This document shows positions 45,444 through 57,100 of a stretch of 64,000 bases of DNA, piece by piece (position 1 is the first letter of the stretch; each line of letters starts with the position of its first letter). The stretch is from Patescibacteria group bacterium (lineage in GTDB: Bacteria > Patescibacteriota > Patescibacteriia > JAQUQO01): assembly GCA_028716045.1 (NCBI GenBank), contig JAQUQO010000001.1, positions 320,942 to 384,941 of the forward strand, read 5' to 3'. The notes beneath the pieces are model-generated. The model made no database searches and was not told the DNA's origin. It saw nothing but the letters and a program-made list of their open reading frames with translations. The position numbers and the translations under genes were made by a program.

Positions 45444-46724
45444 ATGTCTTATCTATCAAAATTTGATTCGGAAATCGCCGGCGGGCTGGAAAATGAATTA
45501 AACCGCCAACGGCACGGCTTGGAAATGATTGCTTCGGAAAATATCGTCTCGCGGGCGGTACTGGAGGCCCTGGGTTCGGTTTTAACCAATAAATATTCGG
45601 AGGGGTATCCGAATAAAAGATACTACGGCGGAAACGAATTTATTGATGTTTGCGAAAATTTAGCCATACAAAGAGCCAAAGAACTTTTCGGCGCGGAACA
45701 CGCCAATGTCCAGCCGCATGCCGGCTCGCAGGCCAATATGGCTGCTTACTTTGCCTTGCTTGCTCCGGGCGACAAACTAATGGCTATGAATCTGGCGCAC
45801 GGCGGACATCTGACGCACGGCAATCCGGTAAATTTTTCCGGCCGGTATTATCAAATAATTGCCTACGGTGTCAGGCGCGATAACCAGTTAATTGATATGG
45901 AGGAAGTCCGCGAGATTGCCTTGAAAGAAAAACCAAAACTAATTCTCGCCGGAGCGACCGCTTATCCGAGAAAAATTGACTTTAAAAAATTCCGAGAAAT
46001 TGCCGATGAAGTCGGAGCTTATTTTATGGTGGATATGGCGCATATTGCCGGTCTGGTAGCCGCTAAAATCCATCCAGACCCTATCCCCTATGCCGATGTG
46101 ATTACCACCACCACTCACAAAACTTTGTGCGGCCCTCGCGGGGCGATGATTTTATGTAAAATTGAAGACCGCTTAAATCCCAAAGATAAAAAAAATCTGG
46201 CGCAAAAGATAGACAGCGCCGTTTTCCCCGGACTCCAGGGCGGACCCTTGGAGCACGCCATCGCCGCCAAGGCCGTGGCTTTTAAAGAAGCGTTGGAATC
46301 GGAATTTAAAATTTATCAAAAGCAAATAGTCAAAAACGCTCAAGCTCTCGGACAAGCGCTCCTCGGCCAAGGCATTGACCTTGTTTCCGGCGGAACCGAT
46401 AACCATTTGCTTCTGCTTGACCTTACTAAAACCGGCGTCTCTGGAAAAGAAGCTGAAACCGCGCTGGACGCAGTAGGAATTTATACCAATAAAAATATGA
46501 TACCTTATGACACCCGCAAACCCATGGACCCGTCGGGACTGCGAGTGGGAACAGCCGCCCTAACTACGCGGGGATTGAAAGAAAGTGAAATGGAAATAAT
46601 CGGCGAAATGATGGCAAAAATTATTAAAAATCCCAATGACGAGGCGATTAAAACGGAAGTTAGAAACCAAGTCAAGGAGATTACGGAAAAATATCCGATT
46701 TATCCGGATTTAAGTTATTTATAA
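45444..46724 (+). CDS. glyA: serine hydroxymethyltransferase
   Basis: HGGHLTHG; PLP-Lys [13 protein letters not shown]. Confidence 0.95.
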   Translation: MSYLSKFDSEIAGGLENELNRQRHGLEMIASENIVSRAVLEALGSVLTNKYSEGYPNKRYYGGNEFIDVCENLAIQRAKELFGAEHANVQPHAGSQANMAAYFALLAPGDKLMAMNLAHGGHLTHGNPVNFSGRYYQIIAYGVRRDNQLIDMEEVREIALKEKPKLILAGATAYPRKIDFKKFREIADEVGAYFMVDMAHIAGLVAAKIHPDPIPYADVITTTTHKTLCGPRGAMILCKIEDRLNPKDKKNLAQKIDSAVFPGLQGGPLEHAIAAKAVAFKEALESEFKIYQKQIVKNAQALGQALLGQGIDLVSGGTDNHLLLLDLTKTGVSGKEAETALDAVGIYTNKNMIPYDTRKPMDPSGLRVGTAALTTRGLKESEMEIIGEMMAKIIKNPNDEAIKTEVRNQVKEITEKYPIYPDLSYL

Positions 46725-46729
46725 AAACC

Positions 46730-47584
46730 ATGAACATAATTGACGGGAAAGAAATAGCCAAAAAAATAAGGGCTGATATAAAAAAAGAAGTAAAGAATCT
46801 TGGATTCACGCCAGGGCTCGCCACTATTTTAGTTGGCTCTGACCCGGCTTCCCATCTTTATGTCAAATTAAAACAAAAGGCCGCGGAAAAAGCGGGAATC
46901 AAAAACGAAGTTTATCTTTATTTCGCTTCTGTCCCCGAAAAAGAAATAATTGAAAAAATTAAAGAATTAAGCCAGCGCACTGACATTCACGGAATACTTG
47001 TCCAACTCCCCCTGCCGGAACATCTGGATACGAATAAAATAATCGGTTCAATAGACCCGCGAAAAGACGTTGATGGTTTTCATCCTGATAATTTGAAAAA
47101 ATTGGCGGAGGGCCAGCCGTATATTTTGCCCGGATTAGCACTTGGTATTAGGAAATTGATAGAAGCTACCGAAGTGAATCTTGAAAATAAAAAAGCATTG
47201 ATTGTTTGTAATAGTGGTGTCTTTGCCGAACCCATTGAACGAGTTTTGGCTGCAGACAAAATTATTGCCAGCCACGCCAACCCCGATGATATCCAACTTC
47301 AAGAAAAAACTAAAAAAGCGGATATTTTGGTCGTGGCCATAGGCCGTCCGAACTTTGTCGGCAAAGAAATGATAAAAACCGGCGCCATTATAATTGATGT
47401 CGGAACCAACCGTACGGAAGAAGGCGTAGTCGGCGATGTGGATTTTGCCAGCGTCAAAGATACCCCTGGCTTTATCACGCCCGTGCCGGGCGGAGTGGGG
47501 CCCGTAACGGTAGCTATGTTATTACAAAACACATTGAAAATAGCCAACAACTCAAAAAGAAAAACGAACGACGCCCTGAACTAA
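46730..47584 (+). CDS. folD: bifunctional methylenetetrahydrofolate dehydrogenase / cyclohydrolase
   Basis: GILVQLPLP, DVDGFHP, PGGVGPVTVAML. The C-terminal tail is atypical (see the remnant). Confidence 0.93.
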   Translation: MNIIDGKEIAKKIRADIKKEVKNLGFTPGLATILVGSDPASHLYVKLKQKAAEKAGIKNEVYLYFASVPEKEIIEKIKELSQRTDIHGILVQLPLPEHLDTNKIIGSIDPRKDVDGFHPDNLKKLAEGQPYILPGLALGIRKLIEATEVNLENKKALIVCNSGVFAEPIERVLAADKIIASHANPDDIQLQEKTKKADILVVAIGRPNFVGKEMIKTGAIIIDVGTNRTEEGVVGDVDFASVKDTPGFITPVPGGVGPVTVAMLLQNTLKIANNSKRKTNDALN

Positions 47585-47591
47585 GTTGAAG

Positions 47592-47669
47592 GGCGGAGTG
47601 GGGCCCATGACCGTGGCCATGCTTTTATATAATACTTTGGAAATTGCCAAAAGGGTTGACAACTATTAG
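47592..47669 (+). pseudogene. diverged duplicate of the folD 3' end (remnant)
   Basis: Translates GGVGPMTVAMLLYNTLEIAKRVDNY*, about 75% nt identical to folD 47482-47550. This reading is closer to a canonical FolD C-terminus than the gene's own end. Confidence 0.5.
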
Positions 47670-47788
47670 ATAATTAATTAATATATAATTTGTATTCCTG
47701 GTGGTACTTTTGCTGAAATGGGCGCATTAAATTTATCTATCAATAAACAAAATACTTTGAAAACAAAAAATACTGGAAGGAGTAGAAA

Positions 47789-48133
47789 ATGAAAGAAAAC
47801 ACAACGACAAAACCCCAATTTTATATCAAAGAAAAAGGCGAATTTAAATCAACGGAATTAACCCATAATGACCGAATTAGGGTCTTTACTTACCGTTCAG
47901 AAGAGATACATCTATTCAGAGGAAAGAAACGTATCTATATAAAAATAAACCCACAAAACAAAAAACCGAAAAAATGTATAATAAAAACTAGAATGCGCTT
48001 TTATTCTGTAAACGAAGAAGATATGGTACCGCTAATAATGGCCTGTATGTCTCTTTTACTACCAGTTGGGTTGGCTCTAGAGACAAATCCTAAATGCGAG
48101 AAAGAAATAATAATAAAAAAAACGAACTCCTAA
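47789..48133 (+). CDS. hypothetical protein (114 aa)
   Basis: Strong SD GGAAGGAG. A candidate promoter TTGACA-17-TAATAT at 47655-47683 takes its -35 from the folD remnant. Confidence 0.45.
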   Translation: MKENTTTKPQFYIKEKGEFKSTELTHNDRIRVFTYRSEEIHLFRGKKRIYIKINPQNKKPKKCIIKTRMRFYSVNEEDMVPLIMACMSLLLPVGLALETNPKCEKEIIIKKTNS

Positions 48134-48146
48134 ATCTAAGATTGCA

Positions 48147-48174
48147 AAGCCGTGTAAATAACACGGCTTTTTTA
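48147..48174. terminator. bidirectional terminator between the 114-aa gene and the giant gene
   Basis: AAGCCGTGT aaata ACACGGCTT TTTT. Confidence 0.55.
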
Positions 48175-48195
48175 ATCTTTATAATTTTTTATATT

Positions 48196-51100
48196 TTAAT
48201 AAAATCCCGTATCTATATCATCCATAATATCCTTGCCTTTTTCTCCCGAATCTACTTTCGGTTCTTGCTGAGCATCTTTAATCTCTGCTGGAGCCGGGGG
48301 AATTTCTTTTTTTATTTCTGGACTCGCTGCCGGTCTTGATAGTGGAACTTCCGGGGCTGGCGGGGCTGAAATCCCCATTCCTTCTGTTGATTTCTCTAAG
48401 GGCATATCCAGGGTAATCGCGCCGGCTTTTTCTTTGGCTAAATCAATCGGTGAAGATTTATATGATTTGTAATCCTCTCTTTCGGAAGTAAGATAATAAA
48501 CGTTCGGGCCAACCAAGAACCCGTATCGGCCGGCGGAATCAGTAACTTGAGCCGCTAGTAATTTATTGAATTGAATATCAAAAATGCGAACCACGGCTTT
48601 GCCCAAAGGTTTTTTCGTCCCCTTATCATAAACAATACCCCAACCCTTTGGTTTTGAAGGATAAGCCAAGCGGCGGAACAAGAAATAAAGCATAAAATGA
48701 AGCGCCACCAAAATTCCCATCAGTAGTTTAGGCACAATGGCAAAGGTGACAATTGACAAGCCCAATCCGGAAAGCGAAATGCCATTTTGCACCCGACGAC
48801 CGACGGCCAAAGCTAAAATCTTTCTGTTCGGCTTGTCTTCTTTCACCGGGTCAAGCGGGATATTGGCGGTAATAACAGCTCCGCTTGCTTCTACTTTTAT
48901 GTTTTCCCCGTGGTATAAATCAAGGAACGCCATATCCTCTTTTTTCTCTCCCAACAATGACGTGGGATATTTAAATTCCACTTTTTTCACCTCTATCCGA
49001 TAAGTCCCCGCTTCTTTAATTATCAGATTATAACGCCCTTGTTTGTCGGTAATTTGCGTCTGAACTAAAGTTCCGTTTTGGACATTAATCAAGCGGACAA
49101 TAGCCAAATCAATCGGCTCCTTGGAAATAGAATTATACACCGTCCCCCAGCCCTTCCTCTTGCGACGCGATAATAATCTAAAAGGTTCGGTGAAAATAAA
49201 CTGTAAATAAGGAATGAGATACACAAAAGAGATAGCCGTGGAAGCATTAACCGCCACCACCGCCACTAAAGTCGGGGCGACGTAATTTTGAGCGGCTTTT
49301 TCCACCTGCGGGTCATCAGCCAGCTCTCCCACGGTATTAACTATAACTTCAACTGTTCCCACAAGGGAATTGAGGAAATCCGCAACCGGTGATTCCACTA
49401 TGTCCTCTTCGTTATTGTCATCAATACTCAAACACCCCGCGTCAGCCGGATAATCCGTCTGACCATCTCCATCATTATCCGCCCCGTCAAAACAAGCAGG
49501 GAGAGAAACGGTGAATTCTTCTACGTTGGAGATTATTTTGTATTCCTTGGCTATCTCATCATAAACTCTGACGTAAGATTTATGCGCTCCCGGAGGCAAA
49601 GAAATTTTTATATTTTCCGCCCATTCCTCGTTCTGCGGCGTAAATTCATACTTGTAAATCTCGCTCTCCACGACTAATTCATATGTTTTGCCAATTTCGG
49701 CATTATGCATAATAACGGTAATGCCAGCATCCATTAATTTGCTTTCCGCGGACACTTTGCCTTGCCGCACCTCACTAAGTTTAACTCCCTCCAAGCGAGC
49801 GGCTATTTCTTTGATATTTATTTCACCAATAGTCACTCTTATTATCGTATCTCTTATTTTCTCGCCGATTTCTTCTTCCTGCTCCTCTTTTATTTCTTCC
49901 GCTGTTTTCTCTGTTACTTTAAACTCAAACAAAGAAGAATAAACTTCTCCCACTTTCACTCTTAAAGTATGCGCCCCAAATAATAATTCATCCGTTAAAG
50001 TATAGCTGAAAAAACCTTCGCTGTTAGCTTTCGTGCTGTCCAGATATTCTCCGTCCAAATAAATATCCACTGCGCCGTTGCTGACATAAGCGTTACCCCT
50101 GATAGTCGGCGCTGTGTCAGTAATTTCGGAATTGTCCCCGGGATATGTGATAACCGGTGGTTTTTGTTCTGCTTTTTTATATAATCCAAAATACGCCGAA
50201 CCCTTGCCGCCGCGTTCCAAATCCACGGTTACCATTTCCGAAGTAGTCAGAGTGTATCCGGAAGGCAAAACCAGAGAATATTTCCCTTTTTCTATCTTTC
50301 CGATTTTAACAAAATGTTTTCCCGCTCTTCTGCCATCCACCGTAGAATGCCCCCCTGCCACGGAACTCACGGAATACACATTAACTTCTGTTTCCTGCGG
50401 ACCACTCAAAGCCCCGTCTCCATTCAAATCATAATAAACGAGCGTTCTGATTCCTTGCACACCCTTCTCGCCCTTGTCATATTGGCCATTATTGTTGCCG
50501 TCAAAAAAAGTAAAAATATCAATGGCGCCGGCGCTGACCGGATTTAAAAGGGTGTTGGAGGTAGCAGATTTATTTTCTCCGTTTTGCGTATATTCGGCTT
50601 TAGCCACATTAGAAATAGTATGGGGCACACTTTGCTTTACCTCATCAGGCGAAACTTTAAAGGGTAATGTCAGATAACCTGACTGACCGGCTTTTACTTC
50701 TCCCAAATTAAATATTATTTCGCAAGAGCTGGTCTCCTCTTCCCCTGCACATTTTAGAAAATCTTCCAACCGGCCAACCGACTCGCTATTTTTCTTCAAA
50801 TAACCGTCGTCAAAAATAACTGAATCTATTTTATCTTTTATAACTACGTTTTTCAGATCGTCTTTCGTTTGATTGATATAATCAATCTGATAAACAATAC
50901 TGTCTTCCGGCTGCACTGCCACGCCATTGCCGGCGTAATTTTCCACTTTTATTGAAGCATCATTTAATCCGGCCATGGTAGCCATCATCGCCACTTTCAC
51001 TATTCCCAAAACAACTGCCATTGCTAAAGTGGAATAGGCCTTTCTCTCAAATCTTATTCTCACCATGGAACGCGCGGCTCGATTCCACAAAACCAGATGA

Positions 51101-54100
51101 TAGCTTAAAATAACCAAAGAAATCAAAATAAAAAAAGACATCACCGCTGAAAAATTTCTAAGATACTTTAGATTCTCCAGCGGCTGGATTTTTGTTCCGA
51201 TATTTAAAGAGGAGCTTAAAACCGCGGAGCCCTTCACTTCTCCCTGCCCCGGTTCCTTAATGACCGCTGTTTTAATAAGCGTGAAAGACGGGGGCAAGGT
51301 TTTGGCCGTGAGCGCTTCTGACCAGGGCGTGTCAACTCCTCCGCCATTTCGTCCCCTGGCGCGAATAGTATAAGAAGTGTCGGGTTTTAAATTGCCAAAG
51401 GTAAAACTATTTTGTCCGGCGGCGAATTCCGAAGCCAGCGGTGTTCCGTCTTCCGGAATTCTATCTCCCTCGTAGATTTCAAAAGTCACTCCCGCTTGCT
51501 CCCAATCCGTCCCGACCGGGAAAGAATAATTATCCACGCTCGCCCATAAAGAAGTAGTGAGCGCCGCCTGCAAGGTCGGCTTAGACGGCGGTTCAGCTAA
51601 AGTCCAAACAGCGGGACAAACCGCGCAATCTCCCGAATAAGCATTGGTTATTTTATTTTTTACGCAAACCTTGCGGCCATCAAGTTTAGTATTATATTTT
51701 AATCCTTCCTTCGAACTCTCCTCGTAAAAGCCAAAATATTCCTGCGTAAAATACGCATAAACAGTGGACTCCTTCGCCGGAATCCAGGACTTTAAATACT
51801 GGTCGGTATTGTAAACAGCCGTCAAATATCCGGACCAAGGAGTGGTGTACCCGGAAGAAACCACATCCACCATTTTGTCAGAGGTCACAAAAGGAACAAA
51901 TTCCAGATTATCCCTGTCGGATTCGTTCAAAAAATCAATGGGAAAATCCACCACCCAAATAATAGCATGCCCTTCTCTGCCCCCATAAGAACTGGCGTCA
52001 AATCCTCCGAAGCCGCGGCAATTGGTCGCGTTAACCATAAACCCGGCCGCGATATCTTCGGCATAATTTAAAGTGACATTATAAATTATGGGCGTATCCG
52101 TATCCGGCGTTAATACGGCCTTCCATCTCAAATCGCTTCCGCTGGTGGCAAAAACGTATTCCACCCCATTCGTCACCGCCACCCAAGTGGTCCCGCCATC
52201 ATTGCTTAAATAATAGGCAATAGTGGAAGCGCCCGGCAGATAATGTTCGGCCGTTAAGGTGGCTCTTAAGATATTTCTCCCAGGATTGGCCATGGCAACG
52301 GATTGAGCGATATAAGTGCCGGCGGTTTGAGTTAATTGCGGAGTGAAAATAAAGGAATCGCCCGAAGAATAAGCGACCAGCAGTTCTTTCATGGAGTCGC
52401 GATTAATGTCATGGGCGAAAACCGCGGAGGAAGGTGCGGCGCTTAATAATTCCACGGTAAAATCGCCCCGACCGTCGTTCCGGTAAATATATGTTCCTGC
52501 GGCGCCACCAACTAAATATAAATCAACATCTCCGTCATTATCCAAATCATCGCCCCGGAAAATTCCCGTCGTGCCCAATGACTGTTTAGTAAATGAGCCT
52601 TGGCCATTATTCCAATAGATGGCGGAGTTTATATCGGAATTAGAAACGACGACGTCTTTCCAGCTATCGCCGTTTAAATCGGCGGAAACTATATTATCTG
52701 TGCTGCCTTCTCCGAATTGGCTTTCCCGTATAAATGTTCCGCTGCCATTATTCCTGTATAAAAAATTCTGCTGGCTTACTCTATCACCCACCAAAATATC
52801 CACGTCTCCGTCATTATCTATGTCATCCGTGTATCCCTGAAGCGTGTTCTCCCACGCCAAACCCAAATCTTCCTGAATAAAAGTTGAACCATCGCCGTTG
52901 TTTCTAAAAATAAAATTCTGGCCGTTTTCAAAAATAATAATATCCTGGTCGCCATCCCCTTCCACGTCCGCCGGCCAAAGCTGTCTTTCATTACCAATAC
53001 TTACTATTTGGGTTATAGTGCTGAAATTGCCCGCGCCGTCATTGAAATAAACGCAATCCCAGCCGTTATCAGCCCCCACTAAAATATCCAGATACCCGTC
53101 GCCGTTAAAATCAGCCGCGCCATCAATATCATTATTGGCGCAAGAAACATTGGTAAAGGGAGCGGTGGCCGTAAATCCCCCACCACCATCGCCCAGATAG
53201 ATTTTACTGCTGGTGGCGGCATCGGCTCCGGACAGCACCGCCAAATCTTCATAACCATCATAATTCACATCCCCCAAAGGCATTATTTTTGAAGTCTGCG
53301 CGGGGAAATTGGCTCCGCCGTAAAGTTGCGCCCAACCGCCATCGGCGTCATTATTATGAAGATTATTTTCATAAATATAATTTTGGTCATCGGCATCGGC
53401 GCAAGTTCCGCCGATACAAGAAAAATAATGAATGATATCCTCATCGCCGTCTTTATCTATATCCGCAGCCGCCAAGTTATCCGCCTTATCAACATTAGCT
53501 GACCCACTGGCGAAATATCCGGTTTCTTCCGTAAAAGTCCCGCTGCCCTTATTGCGCAACAGGCCGTTGATGCCCACGCCGCTCGCTATGACCGCCAAAT
53601 CCATATCACCGTCCAAATCGGCGTCAACGTCAATCATTTTGGCGTAATTAAAACTAAAAGCGGCATTGGCCGTAAAAGTTCCTTGCCCGTTATTTTGATA
53701 TAAAAATAAACTCGCGCCATTTGAAGCAATGATGTCCTCATCTCCGTCATTATCAAAATCATTAACCACCAAACTATCGTTGCCGCTACCGGCCGCATAA
53801 GCCAAAGTGCTCGCCAAAGTAAAGGCGCCCGTCCCATCATTAGTATAAATTTTCGCGCCAACGCCGTTATCGCAAACAATGACGTCCATGTCTCCGTCAA
53901 CGTCAACGTCAACGGCTTTAATGGTCCGAGTGTCGCCAGCGTTGAAAGTGTCACTGGAAGTGAACGTGCCATCACCGTCATTGAGCCAGAGTTTATCCTG
54001 CGCGGCGGTTCCTTCCAAGATATCAACATCGCCGTCCTTATTAACATCGGCCGCGTCCAAAGATTGGGTATTGCTGGCACCAAATCCCGAGTATTCGCTG

Positions 54101-57100
54101 GCCGCGCCAAAAGTTCCGCTGCCATTATTCAAATAATAATAATTTTGACCATTGTTGCCTTGAATAATATCCTTATCACCATCCTCGTCTAAATCCACGG
54201 CTAAAAGCGTATTGGTATTTCTGCTCGTGCCGCCGTCGGGAAAAGGAGTTGATTCTGTAAAAGTTCCGCTGCCATTGTTCTTGTATAAATACATTGGGTT
54301 GCCATAATTGCCCGCTACAATATCCTGATCTCCATCAGTATCAATATCAACGGACAGAATAAAGGAGGTGTCATTGGCCGCGGCCGCCGGACTTAAAGCG
54401 GCGCTGCCGACAGCGAAAGTATTGGTCGCTGGCGCCCGAATCACCTCTCCGACAGCGCTCCATTCGGTCGTAGTGGTGGCGCTATCGCGCCAAACTGTGG
54501 TGTCAAAAGTATCAGTAATGCTTCCCCTGATGGCGGTAAAAGAAAAAGTGGCGCTATAAGCTGTGCCGCCGTTTTCATCAACGCCCGCCACCCTCCAATA
54601 ATAAGTCGTCTTGGGGGTTAAAGTATATTTCGCGGGTAAGGTGAAAGAAGCCGTATCTCCGGAATTATAAAAATTGACCTGCGACCATCCCAGAGAATCA
54701 TCTTTGACATACCAGATATTGTCTTCTTTTTGGTAAAAAGTTAAAACATCTTTGTTAAACGATGAATCCGCGGCGATTTCCAAAATATAATGCAGAGTAT
54801 CACTATCCGTATCCGTAGTGGAAAATTCAAAAGTGGGGTTTAAAGAAACTCCGGTCGCTCCGTCAGCCGGCGCGGTTAAAGAGGGTGTCCCGGGGTTGGT
54901 GTTGCCGTAAGTTATGGAAATATCAGAAATTGACGCCGAATAAGCGACATCCGTGGTGGCTAATATCGCCTTCCATCTTAAATCTGAACCAGTGGTTGTA
55001 AAAGTATGCGCTACTCCGGAAGTGGCCGCCTCCCAAGTTCTGCCGCCATTGTTGGATAAATAATAAGTGACAGAAGTGTTGGTCGGAGTAGTGGCCGTGG
55101 CTGTAAGAGTAGCCACATTTATATTTTCCACCGTGCTATCAACTATCTTGGATAGTATTGTGCTGTTATTATATTTATAAGAAAAGCTCTGCTCTAATTC
55201 GCCATAACCGCTCAAAAATATTTTTTTATCAACGTCATAATTAGGAGAGACAACTAAGGACTTATAATTAACGTCAGCCAGAGAGCTTCTGCTTTTCCAA
55301 ATTAAATCAATTGAAGTATCGTCGGTAAAAATAGTGTCCGAACTGTTGTGGGAAACTCCGCGCAAATCCAGATAACCATTATTATCCATATCGATAAGAC
55401 AGATGCTTGCGTCCGGACCGTAATCACTGGCTGGCTCGCCCGGGTCATAGGTGTAATCCGCGGTAGTGTTAAAAGTAGGGGCTCCATAATAGGCATAAAA
55501 CTTTCCGCGATGAAAAGTTTCTCCCGCTGACGCCCGATAATCCGGAGCCGCCACGACGACATCATCATAACCATCTTTATCTACATCGGCTGCTTCTACT
55601 AATTCGCCAAAATCGCTGCCGCTATCGTCAGCAGAATCATTGATAGTGCTATTGGCAGAAACGGTTGTCAGAGTGGATGCCAGTGAAGCGCTGCCGTTAA
55701 AAACATAAACACGCCCATCGCCGTCGCCAGCAGCACGAGAAGCTCCCACCACAATATCGTTATACCCATCGCCATTCACATCACCGGCAAGGGATAAATC
55801 TATGCCAAAAACATCACCAGCATCACCGGTTAAGGTGACGTCAGCCGTTGTATCAAAAGATTTTCCGCCGTAATAAATATAAACCCGCCCGGTATTAGCG
55901 CTGTAACTGGGCGCGCTAATCGCCAAATCATCAAACCCGTCGCCATTAACATCACCGGCACTCACCGCCGCTCCAAAAAGGTCGCCAGCCGCCGCGCCGG
56001 ACAAAGCATAATCATACACGTCATTAAAAAGTTTTCCCCCAAAATAAATCACCACTCCGCCCTGATTAGCTCCCTCTCCATTATTGTAGGTATATATACC
56101 TACAATAATATCTTTAAAACCATCGCCATTGATATCGGCAATAGTCACGCCATTATCACTGATTGTTTCAGCCGTAACATCCACATCGTCTAACGTATAA
56201 TCAACCACTGTATTAAACGTACTGCCGCCCAATAATACTTCAAGATTGGCGCCGTTTTTATCTAGCACATCCGCATAACCATCACCGTTAATATCGCCTC
56301 CGGCATAGATATTATTAAGCGTGTAATCTGCCGTGTTATCAATTCCGGCGGTGGCATTTAAAAATATACTCGTGGCATTAGCCAAATCCTCCAAACCGTC
56401 ACCGTTAATATCGCCCAAATTAACCCCTCTCTTTTGCTCCGCGTAAGAAGAGCCAAAAGCGCTGGGCATTAAATTCCAATTCTTAGCCGTGCCGCTATTA
56501 GAACTCACATATATTTGCGGAGTATCATTAAAACCTGCCCAAATACGTTTGTCACTGCCGCTATAATTATAATCTGGGGAAATGGCTATAGTCCGCAGGA
56601 TCTCTGTCATTCCTGTCGGCGTTATATCTGAAGCTCCCCCTTCAAAACGGTCCACTGTCATATATAAACTGACAGTGGTGTTGCTCCAAACCCAAGCCAC
56701 GCATTTTTCCGGATTGGCAACGCAATTAGCGGTTCCATCAAATTGCGGAGCTAATAACAAATGGTCCCAGCTCCCTCCGGGAATCACCGCCCAGCTAGTA
56801 CCACCATCTATTGTTACTAGACGGGCGCCGGTAGTGGTGGCAAGAACCTCGCTATCAGTTGCGAAGTTTGGGGATATTTTTATATCTGTCACTTCATTTA
56901 CCACATTTGTTCCCGCGTCAAAAGTGGCTCCGGAATCGATGGATTCGTAAATTTTACCGCCGGCCGTGCCTAAAAATAAATTTGCGGAATTTGCCGGGGA
57001 AATAGCAATGACAGTAATGCGATCATACGTTGTGCCAACGGGAGCACAGGAAATAGTGGAGGCCGTCTGGGCCCAAGTAGCACCGCCATCAGTGCTTTTA

